NCBI RefSeq assembly: GCF_964213995.1
Contig: NC_135817.1
Span: 53,072,001-53,136,000, forward strand
Source: Mustelus asterias
Lineage: Eukaryota
Length of the DNA stretch: 64,000 nt
Direction: 5' to 3'
Position numbers and translations under genes: made by a program. Shown in pieces: positions 52,376 through 64,000 of the stretch (position 1 is its first letter; each line of letters opens with the position of its first letter). The notes beneath the pieces are model-generated. The model did no database searches, had not been told where the DNA came from, and was given only the letters and a program-made list of their open reading frames with translations.

Positions 52376-52746
52376 ACTTGCCCTTGTGTCAATCTTAGCC
52401 AATAACAAACAGTTAACAACTTTCTAGTAACATATAATTTGAATCTTGGCAAACAGTTCAGAAGATGAGATGGCATCTACTTTCCACAAGATTAACCATG
52501 TGAAACACATGTCCACTGTCCTTTATCTCATTGTGCATATTATTGTCACTTTCTGATTTGTCACTCATCTCGAGTATATATATATCTAACAGGAAACCAG
52601 ATGGCCATTCTTATTGCTTGAAGGTACCCGTTGTTTACAGTCTGTCTGGATCAGTGGATGGCTCTTTGTAGCTGCATTAGCCATTGCTCTAGTGCACTGC
52701 ATCTGCCAATGTCCCTTTCTCCTGCATGCTTTGTATTTGCAGAATT

Positions 52747-54138
52747 CATAGAATCATAGAATCCCTCCAGTGCAGAAGGAGGCCATTTGGTCCATTGAGC
52801 CTGCACCGACCACAGTCCCATCCAGGTCCTATCCCTGTAACCCTATTTGCCCTGCTTGTCCCCCTAAGGGCCCGATTTTACCATTGTGTCGTGCCCGTTT
52901 TCAAGCGCGAAAACGTGGTAAAGTCAAGCGTGAGGCCATTAACGCGATCTGCGCCCTTGTCTGCGCAGATGGCCACTTTACCGAGGCCCGGGAATGGCCA
53001 CGATCCGATTTGCACCCAAAACGGGCGCAACGGCGATTTAAATGCATTTGCATGCATTTAAATTGAATTAATGAACTGCCCACCCAACTTTATCAGCATG
53101 TCCCCTTTACCATCGCGTTCGCCAATCCGGGATCGTGCCGAAATGGACATGCTAAATAAAAGTCTGTTTTGGGCGCTCCAGCTGCTGAAGAGGTGAGTTC
53201 AGTACTTCCAGTGGCTCTCTGACTCAGATTGGTGGTGGGGGGAGGCGGGTCAGATCATTCTCTGGTGAGTGGGGTGAGGGAGGAGGGAGGCCAGATCGTT
53301 ATCTGGTTGGGGGGGCAGGTCAGATGTATCTCTGGGGGGGGGGGGGGAGGGGAGGGAGGCCAGGTCATTTTCTGGGGGGGAGGGAGGCCAGATTATTCTC
53401 TGGGGAATGGGGGGGAGTGAGGCCAGATCGTTCTCTGGGGGAGAGGGGAGGGGGGGGGGAGTGAGGCCAGATCATTCTCTGGGGTTCGTGGGGGGGTGAG
53501 GGAGGCGGGTAAGATGTATCTCTGGTGGGGGGGGGGGAACAGGGGGGTCCGCTGCCACTCTGCGGGTGATTGGTGGAGGGGAAGGAGGCAGGGGGTCGCG
53601 ATCGATCTGAGTAGCTGGGGTGTGAGTGGATAAGGGGGACAGTTATGCCTGTGGGAGCCATCGCTCTTGCTTTTCGCTCCCAGGCCGCTTTTTCCGCTTT
53701 CTGCGGCCCAGGAGCGACCTGACACGGGTGTGCTTTTTCAAAATTTTTTCTAACTGCGCATGCACAATTCAGAACCCTGATCATTTCGGGCATGCTAAGC
53801 CCCGCCCACAGCGCGATTCAGACCCGTGATTTTTTTTTTTCAAGCTAAGTGCTAATGGGGGCGCCTGAACGCAGATTTTCAAGTCAGATCTGAATTGCGC
53901 CGAGATTCAGCACTTAGAATGAAAATGGTAAAATCAGGCCCTAAGGGTCAATTTAGCATGGCCAATCAATCTAATGTGCACATCTTTGGACTGTGGGAGG
54001 AAACCAGAGCACCCAGAGGAAACCCACGCAGACACGGGGAGAATGTGCAAACTCCACACAGACAGTGACCCGAGCCGGGAATTGAGCCCGGGTCCCTGGC
54101 ACTGCGAGGCAGCAATGCTAACCATTGTGCCACCATGC
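52747..54138 (-). mobile_element. HE1-like V-SINE split by the Harbinger element
   Basis: Tail at 52747-52867, head at 53942-54138. Confidence 0.88.
52868..53941. mobile_element. PIF/Harbinger-type non-autonomous transposon inserted in a V-SINE
   Basis: TIRs GGGCCCGATTTTACCATT / AATGGTAAAATCAGGCCC. TAA TSD (52865-52867, 53942-53944). The SINE is continuous across it. Confidence 0.9.
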
Positions 54139-55383
54139 CTCCCCATGCCTCCCATTGACTAAAAGCTGGACGTTTCCTCAGTGCATGCAAAACATTAGAC
54201 CATTCTCATGTCTTGTTAGGTTTGGGTGTCCTACTGAGTGCACCAACAATTGTGGTCATTCTTCAGACCTGTAAGTTTGGTCGACATGCAAGGATTATTT
54301 CATACTTAGCCCATACTTAAGTAGCTCTTCGGTGCTATACGTCTTGGCTTGTTAAGCGGATTTTGCTGCAACCTTTCCATGGGAGTGGATGTGATCGCCA
54401 ACTCAACAATTCTGCCTGCCGCCTCTGCATTTGGAAAAATCACAGTACCTACCCTTTTCTCTGCAGCAGCTGGAAAAGTAATCTATGGATTCTTTAGGCT
54501 GTTGCTCAACTAACATGAATTCTAATCGATGAATACGGAAGTTCAACTTGATATTGAGCCAGTCTTCCAATGTAGTCCGTATCTTTTGGAGATACTTCAA
54601 CTCTTCTGCTGTTAATCGTAATGTGTTCAGCTTGTATAGGCCCTAATCCTCAATTGCTCGATGAATTTTTATGACTTGCTTGTCTGCTTTAGACAGACCT
54701 GAATCAAGAAACCACACCTTTGTACGCTATTTAAACATTTTGAATTCAGATAGCAGGACAGTTGCACCTCATTTCAAAGCGGGGAATTTGTGGACATTCT
54801 GACAATATCCCTTTGACCTTCCTTCTCCTGTAATATCTGGGATGAATGTCTCCGAAGCCACTTTCATTTGCTTTTCTGAACGTCTGCCCATTATTATTGC
54901 AACCTTCTCCGGCCCTGCTTCTATTACTTTGTTTTTGTTGAACTCTTCCTTGCTTGCAATCAATTCAGCCCAAACCCTGGTCACTCACCTTCCCTGACTG
55001 TGCTAATATGGTGCTGGTCATCTCCCCTCCATGCTGCCCACTGACAGGCTATCTGCTGCAATTGAGCCACAATGGATCCATCTGCTTACCAGCTCCCTTT
55101 ATCTGAGCATTACCCAGCACTGTCTTCAAAGATTTTCTGCCCAGTCACCATGCTGCAATTTCAACACTCTCTGACACCGCAATGTCGTAGCAGTCTGACC
55201 AGAATGTTGAGAGGCTTTTCATGCTATGTAGCATGATCTAAGGCTGTTCACCATGCCAGATCTGTACTTAATCTTGTTGCCAGACTGTTTGACCACCACT
55301 GAACACGATATTGTGTTGTGATACTGGTATAACATCAGTCACTCAAAAGCATTGTGTAAACATGATATGGATTCATTTATTTG

Positions 55384-55668
55384 GGGTGGCACAATGGTTA
55401 GCGCCAGGGACCCGGGTTCAGTTCCCGCCTCGGGTGATTGTCTGTGTAGAGTTTGCATGCTCTCCCCGGTTTCCTCCGGGTGCTCTGGTTTCCTCCCAAA
55501 GTCTAAAGATGTGTGGGTTAGGCTGATTGGCCATGCCAAATTGGCCCTTAATGTCAGGGGGATTAGCAGGGTAAATACATGGAGTTATGGGGATAGTGAT
55601 TGTTGCCAGTGCAGGCTTGATAGGCCGAATGGCCTCCTTCTGCATTGTTGGGATGCTATGATTCTAGA
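55384..55668 (+). mobile_element. HE1-like V-SINE
   Basis: Same consensus with small deletions. Confidence 0.85.
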
Positions 55669-56339
55669 ATAGGCACATGAGAATATTTATGCATAGGTAG
55701 AAAGCTTGTAGCAACAGAGATTTGTGTGTGTGTGCTGTGTTCAAAGACAAAAAGTAAAACCAAGACTGGATCACATGACACACTTCCTTTCTAATGATGT
55801 CATGTTGTTATTCCTTAAAGGTGTACTGTGTGCAGTTAGAAGTGTAGGAACATAGGACTTCGGAGTAGGAGTCAGCCATTTGGTTCTTCGAGCCTGCTGA
55901 ACCATTCAATGATGTGATGGCTGATCTGTTTGTGGCCTCAAATCCACTTTGCCACCCATCCCCCATAACCCTTGACTTCCTTGTCTATCAAAAATCTGTC
56001 AAGAGAAAAGATAAATTGGCCTTGATATGAGTGCAGTGTAGGTTTACCAGAATGATACATGGACTCCGTAGGTTAAATTGCTTGGGGAAATTACACAAAC
56101 TTAAGGTAATATTCCTTGGAATTTAGAAGGTTAAGAAGTGATTTGATTGAAATTTCAAGATATTAAGGAAAACAGAGTTTTTTTTTTATTCTTTCAGAAC
56201 ACTTGGCTATCTCTGGCAAGACCAGCATTTATTGCCCATCCATAATTCCTGTTGAGAAGGTGGTGTGGAGTTGCTTCATTGAATCGCTGCAGTCAGTCCC
56301 TGTATTGTCGGTACACCCACAGTACTGTTATGGAGGCAA

Positions 56340-56727
56340 TCAGCCGGGGCAGCAATTGGAGGGGGGATGGCAATCATCTGGGGGGCATGATGGGGGGGCG
56401 TGGGGAGAGCGATGTTCAGGGGGGTTGTCAGTGGGGGAGGGCGATGTGCGAGGGGTTGAAGGGGTTGAGTGACAGTGCACTATGTACAGACTGTACGCAG
56501 TGCACTAGGAGGTCGGGGCGCCTGTGCAAAAGCGCCTCTCAAGCTCAGCTGCCGGCTTCCTGGCGTGACATTGCTCCGCCCACTCCTCCTGCTGTCAAGA
56601 ATCATATTTGGGCTCTTTTTTTAAGTGCCATATGATTGAGTCTGGGCGCTTGCCGCAAAAATGGGCGCGATTTTCTCCTGTTTTCACGCTCATTCAGTGC
56701 TTACAATTGTTTTGGTAAGATCACCCC
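56340..56727. mobile_element. Harbinger-like element end fragment
   Basis: Ends ...ggtaagatcacccc-tta, similar to the TIRs above. Confidence 0.45.
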
Positions 56728-57299
56728 TTAAACCTTTGATCATGTTTTTGGCATTTTGCCCTAATATATGTCTAATTTTGCTTTATAATGCTGCTATGAT
56801 GCACCTTGAGGTTTTTTATTATGTTAGAAGTGCGAAATAAATGTAAGTTGATGTTGTAAGTGAGCATGTTAGGCTTCATTGTTCTGTCAATTGCTTTTCT
56901 GAAATGACATTGACCAAATAACACAAAATCAGCAGAATAAAGGTCTTAATGTTGTATTCCATATGTTGAAATGTACATTGCTGTTTAAAAAGCTAAGAGT
57001 TGACCTTGAGTGTGACATTTTTGTGATTGGATCAATAGCCTAAAATGATGTAATTTTTGGAAGTTGACTGAGAACATGAAAGGTTTTTGTAAAAATGAAA
57101 TGCTGCTGACAGGTGATGACCTTGCTCAAAGCCAGCAGTGTGCAGCCTTTAGCTGCATATACAATACATTATATAACCACATTGTCCTCAATAGAATAAA
57201 TGTTTTCCCTAAAGGACCTCTGAGGCCATAAAGTTGTTGAAGTTCTAGAGGCCTTCATGCGGTTTGATTCATTTCTTGAAAGCCATTTGTTTAAAGGAT

Positions 57300-57845
57300 T
57301 TTTTTTGCAAAAAATATACTTTTTATTCATATATAGTCTGAAAGACACATTACAAAACATTTCAAACTGTTATAACAGCAAAGTGCAATGATATTCACAT
57401 TTCCTCCATTGATCAAGATGCATTCAGACGTGCTTCAGTTCAATATTAAAAACATTACAAACATTTCAATATTTTCATTACAGAAGTTAAAATTCTTTGC
57501 AAACTATCTACATTGGTTATGTTGCACTCATGAGGTGCTTCAACACAATTACAGTTAGGATTAAGCACACAGTCCAAGGGTTTTTATCCGGTTACTAACC
57601 CTTCGGCTGAAAGGCCTTATATTGTGGCCTTTCCCCATTGTGCCTTGCTGGCGGCTGCCTCAAGCTTGAGTGCGTCCCTCAGTACGTAGTCCTGGACCTT
57701 GGAATGTGCCAGTCTGCAACACCCGGTTGAGAACAATTCTTCAAACTGGAAGATCAACGGGTTTCGGGAAGACCAAAGAGCGTCTTGATTGGTGATGCTC
57801 CAGAGCAGTTGATATTTGTCTCGGTGTGTGACCCTGGGAACAGCC
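57300..57845 (-). mobile_element. Tx1/L1-group LINE 3' end
   Basis: ORF2 C-terminus-like ...RLAHSKVQDYVLRDALKL...QWGKAT, AT-rich 3' UTR, atgAATAAAagtatattt plus A-tail. A similar 3' end lies at ~1130-1322(+). Confidence 0.65.
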
Positions 57846-60173
57846 ATTGAGCCCAGAGTTCAGAGGTATGGCCTTCCTAAAAGCATTAAGCTCTCCAGTA
57901 CCAGAGTCCATTCTTAGTGTTGTGAAGGTGTCCATGGCAACTTCCCACCCCAAAATTGTGTTGACTGTTTTATGGACATTGTTATACTGTCCGAATACAC
58001 AGTATAATTGTGTAAGAATCTGGATACAATTTGCTGAACTCTAGTGAGACTCCCGAGAAAGTGCTTGCTTCTGTTGGGTGAGCAGAATTATTCATGTCAT
58101 TGTGTGAAATGGGACATTTTGATGAATGATATCATAACTAATGTGTCACAACATGTATATTGCTCCCATTTCATTTGTTTTTCGCTGTGGTTCGCCTTTG
58201 CCCAGATACAAAGGCCAGCTCATTGTGGCAACCTTCATCCTACATGAATCTTACGGTATTTACAAGTAAAGCATCAAGGAATTCTGAATTATGATTTTCA
58301 TTATGCCCCACTGTCTAATATTCTGTTATGTACAATAACAACTCTGATACACAATGTTTATGACTTCTTGATTAAAAGAAAGGTCATGCTCTTCTGTACA
58401 CCTCTTAAAAAACTTCTACATTGAATCTAACTCAACTTGGATCTTACAGGTCTTTGAGTTTACTTTTTTTAAACTGGCTTCCTTATCCTACCAACAAAAT
58501 GATAAGTCTGCTTTTTGCGGGGGGCCAGAGAAAGGTAATAATTAGAATACGTTATACGTTATATCAGAGTAAACAAGGGGAATGCCAGTCGGGGAGGCCA
58601 TGCATGAATATCAGTTTCCCTTAAACCAACCCTGCAACTAAATGGCTATGGGGTTACACTGTGCAGCAACACTAGGTCAGGCAAGAGCATCCTGACAGGC
58701 TACACAGCCCCCTGGAGTGTGCACAAGAAACTTATGGGAAATGGAGACCAGCTCTGGTTACAGGCTGCAACTTGCTCACCAGAATCATGGAACTGAGTCT
58801 GGTCGGTGAAGATTTTGTCCGACCCAGCCCGTTTCCCATGGGTGTGACAAGGCTGCGAAGCGTAGGATCTGGATCTTTACCTTCAACTTCAGCTCTTCAA
58901 ATCTTCAACTTCATCAATTAAATATTCTCTGCCTTTTAATTTCCCTCCCACATTCTCCAATGTTCTTCTGCAACTGCTTCTTAGGAGGTTGTGAATGTGA
59001 TGTGGGTTAACTCTCGAATTATCCACCTTCTCTCTCCCTCTGAGTAAAAGCCTCACCCTCTACGTGTTGCAACTCTCCCAGTGATGAGGTCTGAAGCCAC
59101 ATCCGAGTGCTTCATGTTGCAGCATGTGCGTGCAACAGGGTGATGCTGCATTTGGACACTTGCTGTTACATCTCTTTCCCAACAATGAGTTTTACTCTAG
59201 TTATTACCAGCTTGTTCTAATGTGTTGGTGTCTGTTGAGGAAAGTAATCATTCTATTTTATTTAATAATGAATTGAGATCTGTGTAGGTATGGCACATGC
59301 CATTGTAAGTTCAGATATTTTCAAAACTCTTTTGATTTGCAGTGGCATTGCTCACGGCCTGTTTGGCCCCGACAGCGCTGTACTTTCTTTCCCTTTAATT
59401 CTTCTCTGGTTCGACAGTTTTGTCTTGGAGCGAAAATGTTGTGGGTTCAAGCCTCTCACTTCATGTAGCACTCCCAAAGAACTGTACTAGTCAGAGCTGC
59501 AGTTAACTTTAGCTGTGTCGTGAGAAAGAGAGGCGGTTGAATAAGCCGTTGATTTTACACAGCAGCAAATGTTACGTTCCATGGATTTTGGGCAAGGTGT
59601 AATTATGAGTGGTCGACCTGACCACGTGGGTTGGGTTCAAATGATCGCTGCTTTCTTTCGTACGAGAGTTTAAATTAAGGCACAGAGTTTAAAACAAGGC
59701 ACATTCTGCCTGTTCTGGTAGGCGTTTTAAGAAATCCAATGACGTGATTTGAAAAAAAAATTGAGTGGCCTGACTAACGTTCCTCCTTGAACGGATGCCA
59801 TGGAAACAAGTTAACTAGTCATTCATCTCCCTTTCTTTGGAATTTTGCTATGAGTAAGATGACTTCCTCCTTTTATCTACATAAAAGCAATGACTGCACT
59901 TCGAGCCAAGGGCACATCGCAGAGTGAACTTGTTTTTGACAGGGTTTCACAAACCTTTCCAACCACACAACACTTTTGACCTCCCAAGTGTACTGTCGGA
60001 ACCCATGAGAAACATTCTAATTGTGTTGAAGAGTTAAAGCACAAAAAATGGGTTGTTTTTGTGCGATGAGTACCAACATACGAAAAAGACAAATTTATAT
60101 ATCAAAGTATATTCTATTTCTTATATGTGTCTATTTATTATAATTGAAAAGTTCCCTTATTCAACAAAGTACT

Positions 60174-60491
60174 TGATGCGTGACAATCAAGCACGAGGTA
60201 CAAGGCTTCAGCGATTGAAGGCTTTTATTGACAAACAATGGAACTATCTAAACACGAGTACACCAATCCAGACTGGAGGGGTCCCGCCTGAGCAGAGGGT
60301 CTTATACCTCTCCCAGGAGGCGGGGCCTGACCGGAATGTGCCATAACAGCATCCACCACAGGTATATTAATCCCACAGTGTAAACACCCTAGCCCAACAA
60401 CAACATTATAACAACCCCACAGTGTCAACACCCTAACCCAACAGCAACATTGGAATAACCCCACAGTGGTAACCAACGATGGTTCACCACA
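60174..60491 (-). repeat. 3' LTR of element B (318 bp)
   Basis: Shares termini (TGTGGTGAACCATC... / ...GCATCA) and AATAAAAGCC with element A LTRs, with a diverged interior. Internal repeats ccacagtgt(a/c)aacaccctaa/g. Confidence 0.9.
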
Positions 60492-60555
60492 TTCACCCCT
60501 CCTTTGAAAACAAAGGCCGGCGGGGTGCGAAAACAGACTACATATATACAAAAAT

Positions 60556-63500
60556 CTACAAGTCCAGACGGTCTGGAGGACCGCACCGTCGCTGTGACCT
60601 CCTCAACACCGGTTGTGACACCGGAGCAGGTGCTTGCGGTGGCGTTCTCTCCAAAACAACGTCCGGCTGTCCCCTCGAGGACTCACGGGCCGGTTGACCC
60701 TGGTGAAGTGGTGGTGCAGGGGATCCCGGTACCTTCTGTGGTGGCGCCGATCTCCGAGTCTCAGGCAAGCTGTACATGGGAGTATAACTGTTATGCACTG
60801 GTCCCGGTGCTGACCGCGCCACGTCCGGGGAAGAAATAAGTGATAGGGGATTCGTGACAGGGGGTATGGGAGCGACAGGAGTTGCTACGTCCCCTGCGGG
60901 CGCCAGGTCTCGGATCGAGACTGTGTCCTCTCGCCCGTCAGGATATGCCACATAGGCATACTGAGGGTTGGCGTGGAGGAGGTGGACCGGTTCGACCAAG
61001 GGGTCGGACTTGCGGGCCCTTACATGTCGCCGCAGAAGGACGGGTCCTGGGTACGTCAACCAGGCTGGTAAAGATATCCCCGAGGACGACTTCCGAGGGA
61101 ATGAGAACATCCTCTCGTGGGGAGTAGCATTGGTTGCCGTACACAGGAGGGAGCGAATGGAGTGGAGCGCATTTGGAAGGACCTCCTGCCAATGGGAGAC
61201 TGGAAGGCCTTTGGACTTCAGCGCCAGTAGGACAGCCTTCCAGACTGTAGCATTCTCTCTCTCCACCTGTCCGTTGCCCCTAGGGTTGTAACTCGTGGTT
61301 CTACTAGAGGCAATCCCGTATGAGAGCAGGAATTGCCTCAAGTCGTTACTCATGAACGACGAGCCCCTGTCGCTATGTATATAGCAGGGATACCCGAACA
61401 GGGTAAAAAGATCACGGAATGCCTTGATCACCGTGGCAGTCGACGTGTCCGCACAGGGGACAACAAACGGGAACCGGGAGTACTCATCTATGATGTTAAG
61501 AAAGTACACGTTCCGGTCTGTTGAGGGAAGGGGGCCCTTAAAATCCACACTCAGCCTCTCGAAGGGGCGAGTGGCCTTGACCAATTGTGCCCGGTCAGGT
61601 CGGTAAAAGTGCGGTTTGCATTCCGCGCAAATCCGACAGCTTCTTGTTACTGACCTGACATCCTCCACCGAGTAGGGCAGGTTGCGGGCTTTGATGAAGT
61701 GGTAGAGCCGAGTGACCCCTGGATGGCACAGATCATTATGGAGGGCGTTCAAGCGGTCCTCCTGCATGGTAGCGCATGTTCCGCGCGAGAGGGCATCCGA
61801 GGGCTCATTGAGTTTCCCTGGACGATACATAATATCGTAATTATAGGTGGAGAGCTCAATTCTCCACCGCAAGATCTTGTCATTCTTGATCTTGCCCCTC
61901 TGCGTATTATTGAACATAAACGCCACGGATCGCTGATCCGTGATCAGGGTGAACCGCTTTCCCACCAGGTAATGGCGCCAGTGTCTGACGGCCTCCACAA
62001 TGGCCTGGGCCTCCTTCTCCACCGCTGAATGCCGAATTTCGGGACCTTGAAGGGTGCAGGAAAAAAACGCGACGGGCCTGCTTGCCTGGTTCAGTGTGGC
62101 GGCCAGGGCGAAATCAGATGCATCACTTTCCACCTGAAAAGGGATGGATTCATCCACCGCGTGCATCGTGGCTTTCGCAATGTCGCTTTTCAAAGCCTTG
62201 AAGGCCAATTGGGCCTCTGGCGTGAGCGGAAAAGTTGTGGACTTGATGAGCGGACGGGCTTTGTCCGCGTAGTTGGGGACCCACTGCGCATAATAAGAGA
62301 AGAAGCCGAGGCATCTCCTTAGTGCTTTTGCGCTAGCGGGCAAGGGAAGTTCAGTAAGGGGGCGCATACGGTCTGGATCAGGGCCAATGACCCCGTTTTC
62401 CACCACGTATTCCAGGATAGCTAACCTGCGCGTACGGAATACACACTTCTCCCTGTTATAGGTCAGATTCAGGCGAGACGCAGTGCGCAAAAGGTTCTGG
62501 AGGTTTGTGTCATGGTCCTGCTGGTCATGGCCGCAGATGGTGACATTATCCAGGTACGGGAAGGTAGCCCGCAACCCGTTCTGGTCCACCATTCGGTCCA
62601 TAGCACGCTGGAAGACCGAGACCCCATTGGTGACACCAAATGGAACCCTAAGAAACTGATACAGACGACCATCCGCCTCAAAAGCCGTGTATTGTCGGTC
62701 CTCTGGGCGGATGGGGAGTTGGTGGTAGGCGGACTTAAGGTCTATGGTGGAGAACACCCGGTACTGCGCAATCTGATTGACCATATCAGATATGCGCGGG
62801 AGAGGATACGCATCCAGCTGCGTATAACGATTAATGGTCTGACTGTAGTCGATGACCATCCGGGGTTTGTTCCCGCTTTTAACCACCACGACCTGTGCTC
62901 TCCACGGACTAACGCTGGACTGTATGATCCCTTCTTTGAGGAGCCGCTGAACCTCAGATCTGATGAAGATCCGGTCTTCAGCCCTGTAACGCCTACTTTT
63001 AGTAGCGATGGGCTTGCAGCCTGGTACCAGATTCTTAAATAGAGAGGGTGTGGTGATCTTTAGTGTGGAAAGATTGCATGCGGGGCGCTTTGGACGATTT
63101 GGAGGCTGCGGCTGATTCCCTACTGCCAGCGAAGGGAGTGGCCCACCGTACTGTAGGATCACACTCTTCATGTGGACCATAAAGTTTAGTCCGAGGAGAA
63201 TTGGCGCGCAAAGATGCGGCAACACAAGGAGCCTGTATCGCTCGTAAATTGTGCCCTGCACCTCCAGAGTTACCACACAATGTCCTTGGATCGGTACAGA
63301 CCGGGACCGTGATGCCATAGAAATTGTCTGTTTGGCAGGTAGAACCCGGAGTCCACACCTCTTTGCAGTGTCAGGGTGAATAAAACTCTCGGTGCTCCCA
63401 CTGTCAAACAGACAATACACAGTACGACCATTTACCTTGATGGTCATCATTGAACAGTCAAGTCTGTGATGCTTAGCCTGGTCCAGGGTGATCGACGCCA

Positions 63501-63987
63501 CCGTTGGCCCTTGGACGTCACTGCAGGCAGCCGAGGTTGATGCTGAGGACCCCTGCTGGTCGCTCCTGGTCGTCGTCGACCAAGATGGCCGCCCCCATGA
63601 ATCGCACGTGGGTGAGGGCGCCAAGCGTAGCGACTCCTGGTGGTCATCCTCCTCCTCCGCCAGCCACAATGGCGTCGTCCTGGGCTCGCACGTGGTCGGA
63701 CCTCGTGGGTACTGCAACGCCGATGGAGATTGTCTCCGTTCTGGAGGGTCACAGGCTGCACTGCCGTTCTTGGGCTTCGATCTGCAGACTTTCGCGTAGT
63801 GCCCCTTTTTACCGCACTGACTGCAGATCACCGTTTTAGCTGGACACTGTTGCCGTGGATGCTTGGCTCCTCCGCAAAAATAGCACCGCGGGCCGCCTGG
63901 GGCTGCCGCCGTCGTCGGGTCGATATGGGAGCGCGAGCCCGTGGGGCGAGGAGGGATTTGTGACTGCTCCTGCCACGTTGTCTCCAC
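60556..63987 (-). CDS. pol: Intact single-frame Gag-Pol (C-terminal 1143 aa; start outside window)
   Basis: Two CCHC knuckles, LFDSGS, IDLKSAYHQ, PFG, YLDN, SDASD...EKE...TDQ...DALSR, HHCC (HNDLCH...CRIC) and D-D-E integrase, with no stops. Confidence 0.93.
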   Translation of the reverse strand: METTWQEQSQIPPRPTGSRSHIDPTTAAAPGGPRCYFCGGAKHPRQQCPAKTVICSQCGKKGHYAKVCRSKPKNGSAACDPPERRQSPSALQYPRGPTTCEPRTTPLWLAEEEDDHQESLRLAPSPTCDSWGRPSWSTTTRSDQQGSSASTSAACSDVQGPTVASITLDQAKHHRLDCSMMTIKVNGRTVYCLFDSGSTESFIHPDTAKRCGLRVLPAKQTISMASRSRSVPIQGHCVVTLEVQGTIYERYRLLVLPHLCAPILLGLNFMVHMKSVILQYGGPLPSLAVGNQPQPPNRPKRPACNLSTLKITTPSLFKNLVPGCKPIATKSRRYRAEDRIFIRSEVQRLLKEGIIQSSVSPWRAQVVVVKSGNKPRMVIDYSQTINRYTQLDAYPLPRISDMVNQIAQYRVFSTIDLKSAYHQLPIRPEDRQYTAFEADGRLYQFLRVPFGVTNGVSVFQRAMDRMVDQNGLRATFPYLDNVTICGHDQQDHDTNLQNLLRTASRLNLTYNREKCVFRTRRLAILEYVVENGVIGPDPDRMRPLTELPLPASAKALRRCLGFFSYYAQWVPNYADKARPLIKSTTFPLTPEAQLAFKALKSDIAKATMHAVDESIPFQVESDASDFALAATLNQASRPVAFFSCTLQGPEIRHSAVEKEAQAIVEAVRHWRHYLVGKRFTLITDQRSVAFMFNNTQRGKIKNDKILRWRIELSTYNYDIMYRPGKLNEPSDALSRGTCATMQEDRLNALHNDLCHPGVTRLYHFIKARNLPYSVEDVRSVTRSCRICAECKPHFYRPDRAQLVKATRPFERLSVDFKGPLPSTDRNVYFLNIIDEYSRFPFVVPCADTSTATVIKAFRDLFTLFGYPCYIHSDRGSSFMSNDLRQFLLSYGIASSRTTSYNPRGNGQVERENATVWKAVLLALKSKGLPVSHWQEVLPNALHSIRSLLCTATNATPHERMFSFPRKSSSGISLPAWLTYPGPVLLRRHVRARKSDPLVEPVHLLHANPQYAYVAYPDGREDTVSIRDLAPAGDVATPVAPIPPVTNPLSLISSPDVARSAPGPVHNSYTPMYSLPETRRSAPPQKVPGSPAPPLHQGQPARESSRGQPDVVLERTPPQAPAPVSQPVLRRSQRRCGPPDRLDL

Positions 63988-64000
63988 GTGGTCTTCTGGA

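Larger units (their letters stand above)
49550..55000 (-). mobile_element. Old fragmented Gypsy-type internal region hosting several nested insertions
   Basis: Integrase-like VKNCKACQE...CKKWNINQTTS (49835-50287), PR/RT-junction pieces (50527-50972), gag-like FRIHRLEF...QQPKESIDYF...CDF (54403-54600). Confidence 0.62.
60174..64000 (-). mobile_element. Related Gypsy-type LTR retrotransposon (element B), 5' part beyond window
   Basis: 3' LTR 60174-60491 (TG...CA), PPT 60492-60505, and an uninterrupted gag-pol ORF. Confidence 0.95.

Overview
Vertebrate genomic DNA, almost certainly a cartilaginous fish (HE1-type V-SINEs, HER1-like CR1 LINEs). The window lies inside one host gene. The only host exon I can support is a 378-nt V-set Ig exon of an IGSF3-like (EWI-family) gene at 6913-7290 (+). 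More than 56 kb of TE-dense intron follows. Two things stand out. (1) Two related Gypsy-type LTR retrotransposons (31207-35956 complete; 60174-64000 running off the window) both carry YLDN instead of YxDD in RT, encoded by different codons. The complete one has no tRNA primer-binding site. Instead it has a perfect 15-nt complement to its own LTR, overlapping the poly(A) signal, which suggests self-priming. (2) Two Penelope-like insertions (9072-11966 and 13439-13667) are head-to-head palindromes with the same asymmetric design, target-site duplications and minimal hammerhead ribozyme motifs. The rest is nested CR1, L2/CR1-group and Tx1-like LINE fragments, V-SINEs, Harbinger- and hAT-type MITEs and an older decayed Gypsy. 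Family names come from motif recognition only, with no database search. Boundaries of old fragments are approximate.
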